Shown here in pieces: positions 27,346 through 41,310 of a stretch of DNA of 64,000 bases (position 1 is the stretch's first letter; each line of letters opens with the position of its first letter). The notes below the pieces were generated by a model. That model was not told where the DNA came from, ran no database searches, and worked only from the letters and a program-made list of their open reading frames with translations. Source of the DNA: the human T2T-CHM13v2.0 reference genome, Homo sapiens. Position numbers and translations under genes: made by a program. Location: the NCBI RefSeq assembly GCF_009914755.1, contig NC_060926.1; one strand, written 5' to 3'.

Positions 27346-27817
27346 AGAAAAAGCTAAAAATATAATTACCATTTGATTTAGCAATCCCATTACTGAGTAC
27401 ATACCCAAAGTAAAAGAAATCAGTATATCAAAGGCTACCTGCAATTGCACGTTTATTGCAGCAGCTAAGCTATGGGACTGACCTAAGGGTCTGTCAATGG
27501 ATGAATGGATAAAGAAAATGTGAGATAGATACATATATACCATGAAATACTATTCAGCCATAAAAAAGAATGAAATCATGTTAATTTGCAGCAACATGGG
27601 TGGAACTAAAGGTCATTACCTTAAGTGAAATAAACCAGGCACAGAAAGACCAATATTGCATGTTCCACTCATATGTGGGAGCTAAAAAAATTGTTCTCAT
27701 GGTGACAGAAAATAGAATGATAGTAGGGATAGGGGAACATGTGAGGGTGGGAGAGGGGGAATGAATAGAGGTTGGTCAATGGGTACAAACAAACAGTTAG
27801 ATAGAAGATCTAAGTTC

Positions 27818-28115
<298 letters not shown>

Positions 28116-29127
28116 AGAAGATGTAAGTTCTAATATTTGATAGCGGATTAGGGTATCTACAGTTAAAAACAATATATTGTATATTTCAAAATAGCTAGAA
28201 GAGAGGACTTGAAATGTGTTACCAACACATAGAAATAATATCCAAGGTGATGGATACCCCAAATACCCTATTTGGTTATTATACATTCTATGCATGTAAC
28301 AAATAGTCATATGTAGCCCATAAATATGTAAAATATTACGTATCAATAAAATAAAAAAAAAGAATTTTGAGCATTTGGAGGCTGCTGTAATATAAGGAAG
28401 CCCCAGCCGTGTCAAGAGGCTCTCTGACGACAGCCTCAGCTGGACCCAGGCTTCTAGTCATCCTGGCTGAGATGCCATGTGTGAGAGTGAACAGGCTTGT
28501 GGATGATTCCAGCTCCCCATTATAAGAGTCTTTTCAGCTGAGGCCACAGACATTGCAAAGAGGGAAAAGTCATCCTTGCTGAACGGTTTTTGAATTCCTG
28601 ATCCGCAGAATTCATGAACTTCACAAAATCATTTAAAACTTTAAAATCAAATTATTTCTTATTTGCAGTGACTTTTCTACCTTAGGAATCTGTAAGGATA
28701 TAATCATTGCAGAGGAGGAGAGAAACTTAATCTTTAATACATATTTGTTAGTTTTTAGTAAACTCTATATAGTTAATTTCAAAGAATGTGTTTTTGTTTT
28801 TCCTCAACTTTTCCTTTTTTTGTATTTATAAAACACAGAATTTTAAGAATGCATACAATTACTACCAAGGAGAACTAGCTGAATTATTGTGGACCTTAAC
28901 TGTATTTGAAAGTACGATCAAATGCTATTGCCTGTTTATCTGATTGGGTGGAAGAAGTGAGCATATATTTTTAGTGAGGTTTTATAAACCCCAATGATCG
29001 AAGTACTACTTTCAGGTAACAAGAAAAATCATTAATATTGTTCAGTGCAAGAATTATTAAGTCTCATTTTATGCAGTTATGTGGCTCAAAATAAGAGAAA
29101 AATTACTCTTTAAAAACATATTTTAGA

Positions 29128-29467
<340 letters not shown>

Positions 29468-30390
29468 TTATATCACAATCAGTGATCTATAAAGGGTTTC
29501 CTTGAAATTGAGTTGATTCAACCAAGTTAATGAAGTTCTTATAGTGTCTTTTACTCTACTAGGTCATGTGATGAACATCTAAAAAGTTAATGTATATACA
29601 GCCTGACTTTGTGAATCTTCTAGTCTCGTAAACACAGTAATATTTGCTTACTTGAAACAACTAGGTAGTAGTGCTTGGTGGGAAAGGTACATTCACGTGA
29701 AAATCCAGGAGAATTACCCCTAAGTCTCCAGAGTCTTCATGCTGGAAATAAATAATTCCCTAAGTGTGAGATATGCATGATTTCATTTCTTTTTCTAAGG
29801 AGTTCTAATGTTTTAAATGTGGCAAGCTCCTTGCTGTATTTTCAACTTGGTTTGTAACAAAACAAGGACAAGCGAAACAAAACAAAAACCAAACTCTTCA
29901 CAGAACTGGCATGTATTGGATCTGGAATCTCGGACTGGCTAATTTTATATTACTTTTAAATGTTATTAGACTTGTGTCTTGCTGTAATTAAACATTTTAT
30001 GAAAACGAGTATAGTAGATTAGTAAACAAAATAATCCAGGCTGGCTGCACAAAAACTTTTATTTTTTCTTAGTTCCATTTAATACTGTGAACTAAACTAG
30101 TCTTTCTCCCTTCCTGCTCTTCATATAAATAACTTGATCCCTTGAGATCTCAGTGGCCTGCACTTCTCTGTTTCATGTCTCACACACTGCTGAGACTTTC
30201 AGAAGCAAGGAGATGCTCAGAGAGGACAAAAGAAACTTGGATTTTGGTAACAAAATCACATTCAACTTTGTAACATATGAACTCTACATTGTGAAGGATA
30301 TAAAAAGACTAAGTATAATTGTTGCCTTCAATACACTAGTAATTTAAAAGAATTAGTAGTAATATATAAATATTCCAAGTCTTATAAATA

Positions 30391-30570
<180 letters not shown>

Positions 30571-30984
30571 TAATAAGCTTATTGGAACTCACAGATCTTA
30601 ATATTGTTCCCCTAATCTTTATACAGTGCCCCATGCCTGTACGCTCTCTGCCTCCCTCCTCCTCCTCACTCCAAGCTGGCATCCTGATTGGTTCTACCTT
30701 GAGCTGAGCTCAGTCTCTAACAGTTCCTCACCTGCATGGCCAGGAAGTGCAGCAACTGGCTTAGCCCCACCTTCTGGCCGGCTTGTGTTAACTGCATATC
30801 CAGAGTCTGAGGAAATGCGAGTGCCAGGTAACCTTGAGTCATCTTTTTAGCTTTTACCTCCTTAGTGGTCGGCCTGAGAATTTACCTAAAAGACCAATCT
30901 CCCGTTAGGTCTATAGAGCTTCCTGAACCTCACCAGCCTTATCAAAGCAGGATTGGGCTTGGATTCCTGTCTCTTGCCAGTTAA

Positions 30985-31400
30985 CCCCTGTTTCAATTAT
31001 CTATTGCTACATAACCTACTGCCCCCAAATGCAGTGGCTTCAGATGGTTTCTTCACTCGCACGTCCATTACCTTGGTGTCCCTTGGCTCCTCTCCCTCTC
31101 ACTCTCTCAACCTAGGCTCACCCTTCAGCACCTAGTCACAGCTTGGCCTTATGCATGAAGGTCTCAGAGTAGGTGGATTTATTGCATGGTCCCTGGCTTC
31201 TTCAGAGAATGTTCTAAGAGACAGAATTCGGAAGTTGTGAGTCTTGTAAGGCCTGGGCTCAGAAACTGACACAACATCACTTCTGAAAAATTCTATTGGT
31301 CACAGAGTCTGCCCCAGTTTCAAGGGGAGGGGACAAAGACTCCATCTCTTCATGGGAGGATTGTCAGAGTTTCAGGCTATCTCTAATGTGCAATTACCCC
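30985..31400 (-). mobile_element. Old MaLR LTR fragment (MLT1J/K-like)
   Basis: TATTGCTACATAAC...GGCCTGGGCTCAGAA...CATCACTTCTG...CTATTGGTCA...CAAGGGGAGGGGA. Confidence 0.65.
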
Positions 31401-31635
31401 TTTTCCTAAAGTCCCTGTGACTTCAACCACTGGTCAGAGTCCTGCTGTGGTTGACTGAATCATTAGGAGCAACTTGATGGAGCTGAACCTGATCCATTTG
31501 TGTTCATGCCGCAGCATCTACCAGATCATGCGCCAGTGCCGATGACTTCTGAACCCTTTCTCATGAGCTTCTGCTTTTGGGTCCTGAGCTTGGCCTTCAC
31601 AAATGCCCTTCCTGGGAGCAGCATCTGTGACCAGC

Positions 31636-32185
31636 TGTAGTAGTCAGGGTTCTCCAGAGAAAAAGAACCAATTATGTGTGTGTGTGTATTTGTATGTATA
31701 TTATGATAATTACTATTATAAAGAATTGGCTCATGTGATTATGGAGGCAGTCAAGTCTCAAGATCTGCATGGCAGGTCCACTAGAAACCCAGGAGAGCTG
31801 ATGGTCTAGTTCCAGTCCACATCTGAAGGCCTGAGAATCAGGACAGTAGATGGTGGACTTTCTGTCAAAGGCCAGCAGGCTTGAGAGTCCAGAAGAGCTA
31901 ATGTTTCTGTTCAAGTCCAAAGGCAGGAAAAAAGCTGATGTCCTGGTTGAAATGGACTCAGGCAGAAGGATTTCTCTCTTACTCAGGGCAGGGTCAGCCT
32001 TCTGTTCTATTCAAACCATCACCTGATTGTAAGAAGCCATCTTAGGGAAGGCAACCTGCTTTATTCTCTCTTCTGATTTAATCTCATCTCAAAACACCCT
32101 TACAGAAATACCTAGAATTGTATTTGACAAAGTATCTGGGCACACTGTGGCCCAGTCACATTGACACATAAAATTTACCATCACC
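31636..32185 (-). mobile_element. ERVL solo LTR (MLT2-type)
   Basis: TGTAGTAGTCAGGGTTCTCCAGAGAAA...TTGACACATAAAATTTACCATCA; CCAGC/CCAGT flanks. Confidence 0.9.
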
Positions 32186-32694
32186 AGTTCAGTTTCCCCA
32201 GCCCTGCATCCTTTCAAGAATTTCAAGAATTCTTTCCTCGCCTCACTCTCTCATGACAAAGCCTACTCCATAACAAGAGCTGCAGTGTCTGAGTTCTAAG
32301 AGAGCCACTTCCTTAAAATGTGTCACCTCTTCAAACAGTGGTCCCATTGCTGTATGGCTTATAATTTGTTTATGAGGACAGTTACTTAATAGGCAAACCA
32401 GGCACATAACAGGTGACAGAAGCAAGGGCATCTCCATGTGTAGATATGCATTAGATGGCTGTGCAGGGAACCACTGTGGTGTTTGCAGGAAAAAGAACTA
32501 TGAGATTTCAATGACTACAAAATGCTAACATTTGTCTAGTGCTTTATATTTTACAAACAACTTTCATATACTTTACCCCTGTAGTCCTTGTGATCCTTAT
32601 AGTTGGTATTATTGTTATAAATGCTGCTTTGGAAAAGATAATATTAATAATACAGTGCTAATGATTGGCCTGCATGGTCTCCTTTATTTGCACA

Positions 32695-33110
32695 ACTATT
32701 ACTCATTTATTTATGTTCATTCATTTATTCCACAAATATCTATTGAGTGCTGTGTGCTGGAGATAAACTGGTGAGAGAAAACAGATGTGTCTGCTCTCAT
32801 GGAACACATGGTCTATTATAGAAGAATGCTGTTAATTAAATAATCTCACAAATCAATATAAATTTGGAACTGTGATCAGTGCCCTGAGAGTGAACATAGT
32901 GGCATGAAAGGGACATTTGGCCTCATCACTGAGGAAGTGTCAACTTAATTGATCCAGGAAAAAAGGGCATTCACCAGAGTAAAGGATGGAGGAAGGGCCC
33001 CATGTTCCACGGGGAGGGAACGGCTCTTTTGCAAGAGCCCTGTGGTAGGAGAGGATGCTTCCAAGAACTGAAAGAAGGCCAGTGTGCCTGCAGCACAAGC
33101 CCAGTGGGGT
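32695..33110. mobile_element. L2 fragment with flanking MIR pieces (about 32520-32620 and 33120-33230)
   Basis: CATTCATTTATTCCACAAATATCTATTGAGTGC L2 3'-end signature; CCTATTTTGCAGATGAAGAAAATGAAG MIR core. Confidence 0.7.
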
Positions 33111-34490
33111 AGGCTCTGTTATTTGCACAAATCCTATTTTGCAGATGAAGAAAATGAAGAGTAGGTTTCTGGTCTTTGCTTGTCTGGTAATACAGCCAGG
33201 CAGCAGCTAACCAGATCTTGAACAGATTCCTGCTCATTCCTCAGCTCCTGTTCCTCCCTGGATGGTTTGCTGTTGGAGACAGATCAGTTTTAGCATTGTT
33301 TTCAAGGAGGATAAAAATGGAGCATGACCAGGGGAGGAAAAATACATCCAGGCAAAGGGTATCACTGTTGCAGTATTCGTAAAAAAAACACGAGCTGGGA
33401 ATTTTAAGTAAGGGAGCTGAGCTCCTGTGGAGAGTTTGAAGAATGGGTGGCTAAGATCAAAGCAGCCAAAAATAAGGGAGGTGGTTGTATTCTGTGATTA
33501 GGATTCTGGGTTTGAAATAATTGTGGGTCAATCAGTTAATTAATACAACCACAGCAAAAGATGATGCTAGTGTTTGAGCAGTCTCATTGTCACCCTTTTC
33601 TTCCCGAATGGTCTTTAGAAATAAGATCAATTTTCATCTGAATAAAGCAGCTTCACTTTTATCCTCTCTGGAGGGTAGGGTTGAAGGGACACATGGACTT
33701 CTCAAATTCCTAGTGATTCGTAAAGCAGTAGGTCTCCTAAATGTGTGGTGAAATACAGTGCTGGGCAGAGTGAGACTCAACTCAAATGTTCTTTGCCTCT
33801 CAGATGGAAGAGAATGTTTTGCACCAAACACTTTCCAGAAATCACTACAGGCTAAAGAAAGGCTTTGCTCAAGGGGAAGTACTAGTGTGTGCATGAAGGA
33901 TATGAAGAATGCTGATATTTTAAGGCAAAAGATAAATCTCAGGAAATGAATATATTTGGAAGTTTTATATTAAGATTTTATTATATAAATGTGCCCAGTG
34001 GACACAAAACCCAGGTCATGCTTACACTCAGGTAAAACTAGGGAGACACGTTGTGCCCCTAGCAGAAAATCTGAAATGTCAAAGCAGATGCTCCGGACAC
34101 TCTTGTAAAAAGACTGTGGAATGAATGACTGAGAGAAGTCTTATCGCTGCTACTATGTGAAGACCTAGCTCAGAGCATCAGAACAATGGTGTGTGCCCAA
34201 TATAGAAGAGAAACAGGCACTTCATTAAGCAGAATCTGGAAAGTGTCATCTTTAAAAGGATACAGGTAGTTTCCTGGGGAGCCATTCCGACTTGAGCTGA
34301 GTTTTAGACCTATTAAGTCTACAAAGAGACTGACCTTTATTCTCTAGGTTCTTAGGGATTTAGGAAATGGGAAGAACTAACAAGAGGAATAAAGCTCCTA
34401 AAAGTGCTGGTTAAGCTGCATATCTCCAGACTATTCCAATCCCGCTGGATGGAGGCCCTGGAAACAGAGACAGCCTGAAAATATGAATTC

Positions 34491-34790
34491 TTTTTTTTTT
34501 TTTTTTTTTTGAGACAGCGTCTTGCTCTGTTGCCCGGGCTGGAGTGCAGTGGTGCAATCTCGGCTCCTGCAAGCTCTGCTTCCCGGGTTCACGCCATTCT
34601 CCTGCCTCAGCCTCCCAAGTTACTGGGACTACCAGATGCCCGCCACCATGCCCGGCTAATTTTTGTATTTTTAGTAGAGACAGGGTTTCACCATGTTAGC
34701 CAGGACGGTCTCGATCTCCTGACCTCGTGATCTACCCGTCTCAGCCTCCCAAAGTGCTTGGATTAGAGGCATGAGCCACCATGCCTGGCC
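34491..34790 (-). mobile_element. Alu (AluY-like)
   Basis: 20-T tail; perfect 14-bp TSD GAAAATATGAATTC at 34477-34490 and 34791-34804. Confidence 0.98.
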
Positions 34791-34869
34791 GAAAATATGA
34801 ATTCTCAATAATGTACTTCCCAGGGCCCAGTAAAGGATCTAGGCAGTGAATAAAAATTAAAAGAAAAAT

Positions 34870-35330
34870 GCCCACATCTGACTGCAATCATATGAGTCAC
34901 CCCAAGTGAGATCCACCCAGCTAAACCCAGTCAATCCACAGAATTTATAGGGATTATAATAAATTGTTGTTTTAATCCACTAAATTTGGAGTAGTTTGTT
35001 ATGCAGGAATATGAGAACTAAAACACATCCCCAAAGCTCAAAAAGGGTGTTCCTGATTGGCAGGCAACTCTTTTAAATCTGGATCCAGGTGCCTTCCATC
35101 TGTGGCTTCACCATCTTCAATACCTGGTTTCCAAGATCACTGTGGAAAAGAGAAGAACATAAAGGATAATGCATGGGAGCTCTCTGTGTAACAGGTCAGG
35201 AAATGGGATCTACCACTTCTACTCACATTTTATTGGCCAGATCCATTCACATGGTTACACCTAACTGCAAGGAAGGCTGAAAATGTAGTCCAGCTGTGGG
35301 TTTAATGAACAGCCAGTTAGTCTCATGAAC
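34870..35330. mobile_element. Two old MLT1 LTR fragments in opposite orientation
   Basis: AATAAATTGTTGTTTTAATCCACTAAATTTGGAGTAGTTTGTTATGCAG (plus); ATTGGCCAGA...CACATGG...CTAACTGCAAGGAAGGCTGAAAATGTAGTC (minus). Confidence 0.65.
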
Positions 35331-36208
35331 TAATGTTCCTCTTAAGCCTCTTTCTTACTGGGTGTGGGGTAGAAACCATGGAACTGGACAAATATCAATA
35401 TGTCAATCTCTTCTGATTCAAACAGTCCTTTTACATTGTATTCCCTTTCCTTTCTCCTGTTCCTCACCAAAATGGTATCTGGGTGTTCGGGGCAAGGGAA
35501 TAGGTAACACTGTGGCTTGAGAATAAGGGTGTCTTGAATCAGCACATGTGGGTTCTAGGGAGACTTCCCGTTTTGCACTTGATTTTCTGATCCTTATTCT
35601 CTGCATAGAGTATGGTCCTGTTTGGCATTTATGGATGCCATGTCTCAACCTCAGCTGAAGTTGATGGCTTGGCCCATCTCTGCCTTTGGCAGCCTCGTGG
35701 CACCTGGTACCACTTGGTACCTGGCAGTTCAGTGACCCTTTTGGTACTTCTGTGTCCCTTCAGTAGGGACACAATGGAACTTCTTCCCCCCCCCACACCA
35801 CACCAGCATTCTGCTTATAGGCTTTGGAGAATATGGAGTCCTTTGGCTTGGATCCATCAGCTTGAACCTGATATATGAAGAACAGTGGCAGCCCAGTATG
35901 GCTTAGGAGGAAACTGAAAAGAAATAAAAGCATAAGCCATTAGATCTCAATCCTTCTCCTTCAAGCAGCCAGCATGGTTAAGTGACAGAGGACAGGGTCT
36001 CCTTTCCTATGGATCCTATCATACTTCTTGGAACTATAGTATATAATATTTACATAATCAGAATACATTTTTTGAGATTGGATTTTACATTTTTTGAAAA
36101 TTTAAATTTTTTGACAAAGTACATAAGACATTTTGTCAAAAATTTAAATTTTTTGACAAATCACACGACATATCTATAGAAAAGTACAAATTTAAACTGA
36201 ATAATTTA

Positions 36209-36583
<375 letters not shown>

Positions 36584-37264
36584 TCAGCTGTCATCGAGGC
36601 AAGACAACAGATACTTTCTAAAACAGATAAATCAAGAACTATATGTATTTAAAGTTGAAATGTTAAGTACTAGAAGAAAAACACGAAAGCAACAATAGCA
36701 ACATCGCAACTCTGGGGAATGGAAGTTGGAATGGAGGGTGAGAGAAAGGGATACTTAAATTTCCATTTCAGAATTCCTGTGCATTACATTTGAGTAAATT
36801 TTAAAACTCAGATACAGAGAATACTTTAACTAGTATTAAATACTGCACTAATATTAAATCTTAAAATAGAGACATCCTCATCAATAAGAAAATGCTTACC
36901 TAATATATATTTATTAAATTTCATATAGATCTTAGAAAAATGAAGTAAATGTAAAGATGTGGACATTATGGAAGGATATCCATGATGTAGCATTAGGTGA
37001 CAGAAGTGATTTGTAGAGCAATATGGTTAGAATGCCCTTTTATGTCAAAATTTTCATGTTCACATATACAGTTACATGTCACATATGTAAGTACACATTT
37101 GTGGATGCAAGAAAAACTGTATAGGGATGTGTCCCCAAACACTTTGGAATGTAGAGAAGGAAAGATTTTTGTGTTTCACACTTACCTGCTTTTTTTTTTT
37201 AACTTTAAAAAAAAAAGCAGCATGCATGTTCTAGTCGTTATTAATGATAAAGTTATAATTTAGA

Positions 37265-37405
37265 ATGTGAGTTTGCATTATGGCACTTTCTCTTACCAGC
37301 TGTGTAATAAGGGGAGAGTCATGCTACCTACCCCTTTGCACCTCAGTTTCCCCATCTTTACACAGAAGAACTCGCATCCATTGCACTGTGGTATGTGTAG
37401 ATGAA
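37265..37405. mobile_element. MIR fragment
   Basis: CTTACCAGCTGTGT...CCTCAGTTTCCCCATCTTTA. Confidence 0.6.
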
Positions 37406-37842
37406 ATGTTCCAAAGGAAATGCACCAATGTATCCTAGCAGCTTGTAGGGATTTGATACAAATTATATCCTTTCCTCTTTCTCCTTTCAGAATGAGAAAT
37501 GGCAGCCAGGGTGACTCAGGAAGAGGGTTGGGTGGAGGGTGGAAAGTGAAGGGTGGAGGGCGGAGGAATGATTCAGACAGACACTATTTAAAAACAGCCC
37601 TCAGATGCACTAGGACGAAGCCATCTCCAGCTCCAAGATAACAACCCTCCCCTTTCCTACAATTTTCTTCCAGTTCCCACCCCAATCCTTTCTCTCCTAG
37701 GCACCTCTTAATATCTGTTTTAACCCAGCTTTATCCGTATAAAATGTTCGGAGGTTATTAAAATGTTCCAAGATAGAAACAGCCTCCTTTTTTCCTGCCC
37801 CTAAGTCATCACGCTACTTACTGTTGAGTACCTGATGCACTA

Positions 37843-38199
<357 letters not shown>

Positions 38200-39834
38200 T
38201 TAATGTGTACTGAATAACTCCAGAAAAACCTTTCTTGGTTCTTTCCATACCATTCCCATTACTCTTATGCCAGGATCACAGTTAATTAATTAATTAGATT
38301 AATTAACCCCCAAACCAAAAAAAAAAACAACCATTTTCAAGGAAGTAATACATGTAAAATAGCTGATACTTATTTGCTTACTAACACAAATGCACAAATT
38401 GGTGGAAGTTCAGACTGAGGTACTGGTTTAGTGGAAGGAGGAAAACAGAATACTTCCAGTCACTGGATTTTTCTAAGTGCTGGCTACTTTAAGTCAAACT
38501 ACTCAGATGTCTAGGATCTGGCTTTCGTTGACTGTTCTGAAGGGTCTTTGTTAGTTGTACGTCAGTGGAAAAGAGACTGAGATGATGGTATTTGGTTGGG
38601 ATGCAGCAGTCTCAACAACCCAATCCAGTCCTACCTCAACCATGTGTCACACTCCTAGCCGCAGCTGCCCATGGAACAGAGAGCAAAGCCAGGCCATTGC
38701 ATGCATTTTATTGCCATGAGGATTTCATCGCCATCCTCAACACAGATCCCAGCTGAGCTATTCTGGACCATGTTGATGATGCTTTGTGCCAAGGGTAGAC
38801 ATAGACTGAAGGAGGTGTGCACCACGGAAAGTAGGCTGGCAACTTCTTCTAAAACAGCTTCCAATTCTCTGTGCTCCAGCTTTCACCAATCCAGTGTTGA
38901 GGAACAGACAGCCTCTCAAGCAGATGCAGCCCTTCCCCAACAACCCACCATCCTCAGGACTCCTCTTTGGAGAAGCAGCAAGGGAAGAGGTAGTGCAAGG
39001 AGAGTGGTGAGGAGTAGCTAGAGGCTCACAGCTTCTTAGCTGGGACCTCCGGAGTCCTCCTGGGTGATGGTTGCTAGAGAAGTGAGCGGCAAGGTGGGGG
39101 ACTTAGTCTCCTGGTTTTTAAATCCCAGGTTCTTCTGAGGAACCCCAGAACAACTTCCTGCTGTCTCTAATTCCTCCTCCCTACAGCTGACTTTGGAATT
39201 GCTTGGCTTGGCGTTGTTGACATGATAATAATTATAGTCATTTTCATTAATTGCTCCCTATTAGAGCCTAATTGCCATGGAGTACAATAAAATTATGCAC
39301 ATCATTCAATGTGCCATATTAACTTCAGATTTTATTCCATTATAACAGTAGATTTGGTTCACTTTTACATATTACTGCTCACACGACTTAGTTATATACA
39401 CTTTTTTTTTTTTGATAGACAAAAACAAACCTATTTCAAGTAGCCAAATCAGTGTAACCAGCAGGGGAGCCTCACGGGGGACTGGGACTAAGAAAAGGGA
39501 AGTTGTCTTTTTTCTGTGCTTCCCCTTTGTTCTTTTCTCTTTCTTCTGGTTATCTTTTTCTGCCTCTCCATGCACGTGGCAGCACATGCTCTTCCACAGT
39601 GGGCTCCTGATGTTTGATGACCTCCATTCAAGTGACAAGCCTAGACTGATGGCTATTTTCATTCTGCTTCCAAATTCCCAGGAGAAAGTGTCCAAGTAAC
39701 TCAGCTTGGTTGATTATTTCTGATTCAATCAAGTGTGGTCAATAGGATGGCATGACAGTTCAAGAATTTCAGGGGCTCCCAACCTACGGGTGGTTGGGTG
39801 TGTGAGGGTGGTGGTAGAGAAGATCTCCAGTTTG

Positions 39835-40179
39835 CAGGGGTCCCCATGGTTGCGGACCTGTACCAGTCTGTGGCCTGTTAGGAATGGGATCGTACAGCAG
39901 TAGGTGAGCGGCTGGTGAGAATGAGCATTACTGCCTGAGCTCTGCCTCCTGTCAGATCAGCAAGTGACATTAGATTCTCATAGGAGCGTGAACCCTATTG
40001 TGAACTGTGCATGCGAGGGATCTAGGTTGCACACTCCTTATGAGAATCTAATGCCTGATGATCTGAGGTGGAACAGTTTCATCCTGAAACCACTCCCACC
40101 CCGACCCCCTGCCTGGTCTGTGGAAAAATTGTCTTCCACAAAGATGGTCCCTCGTGCCAAAAAAAGTTGGGGACTGCTG
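39835..40179 (+). mobile_element. MER1B (hAT-Charlie)
   Basis: CAGGGGTCCCC...GAGCATTACTGCCTGAGCTCTGCCTCCTGTCAGATCAG...GTTGGGGACTGCTG. Confidence 0.92.
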
Positions 40180-41059
40180 CTTTGAGGCTTTCTGTAAGGT
40201 GGGGGGTAATAATGCAGAGAACCTGTCTCTTGGGGTGGTGGTGAGTGCTGCAACTGGCATTATTCACAGGGTACTTTGCACAGTGCTGGCACATAGAAAT
40301 CACTGAATATAATGTTTACCATTATTGCTGTTATTATTATCTCTTTGGGTCCTTAAAACATTTTTTCAGGATTTTTAGGTGGGTATTATTTCAAAATCCA
40401 TAAAATACACCTAAAGATTTATATGAGAAGAATCCAAAAATCTCAGGGAAATCATATGAAAAAAATTATTTGTTTTCCTCAAATCTCTGAACGACAGTTT
40501 AAACATTTTCACACACTAGATCTAATTTTGGAGAGCTTGGAAACCTGGCCTGTAAGATTTCACTAATCCAGGAGGGGGCAGGCTTCCCAAACACAAATGT
40601 CCTCTGCTGAGGAGCCGTGGCTCCAGGAGAAACAAAGGCGCGTCGGTGAGAGCCGTTTCAGAAATCTAGTATTACCTTCAAAAAAATGTAAGAAATCAAA
40701 AGCAACTGGCCTAGAAGAATCCCTGGCTGTGTCATCCAGAGGCACCTTGTCACCTGCCAGGCCAGGTCGGCTGTAAGCTTGTGAAGTAAGCAAAAGAAAT
40801 TTCCCGTGTCCCCACCCACTCCTATCTTTGCTTTTGTTTCTGGTCCTCTGCCCGCTTCCTGCCTGTGCCTTCCTCATTAGTCTTTGTTCCCCTCTCCCAT
40901 GACAATCTATCTTTGGGAAAAATAACTGTGATTTAAATGTTTATAGAAGTAAGGATCCTAGGAATATTAGGTCGCTTCAAACACTTTCAAGCGCGTGATA
41001 GTCACTAACAAGGGAACTAGCCCTACCAGGACTAGTATTAAGAGAGATGGAGGATTCGT

Positions 41060-41310
41060 GGCTTAAAGCAAGGGCATTGAAGGTAGATAGGGCTGGGTTT
41101 CAATCCTGGCTTTGGTGATAACACATTGCCAGCTCTGTGACCACTTCCCAGCTCCTTTACCCTGGGTAAGTTACTAAGCCTCTTTCTCCTCATGTGTAGA
41201 AGGAGGGTAGTGTTAGAACCTATCCCAGGATTTCCTCAGGATTAAAAAGGAGTGTGCATGTCTAGTACATAGTATTTGGCACATAAGACATATCAACTGT
41301 AGTTGTTATT
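41060..41310. mobile_element. MIR
   Basis: CTGGGTTTCAATCCTGGCT...AAGTTACT...CCTCATGTGTAGAA...GGCACATAAG. Confidence 0.65.

Noticed and set aside
38281-38307. Palindromic GTTAATTAATTAATTAGATTAATTAAC
   Set aside because: Low-complexity (TTAA)n microsatellite, self-complementary by nature.
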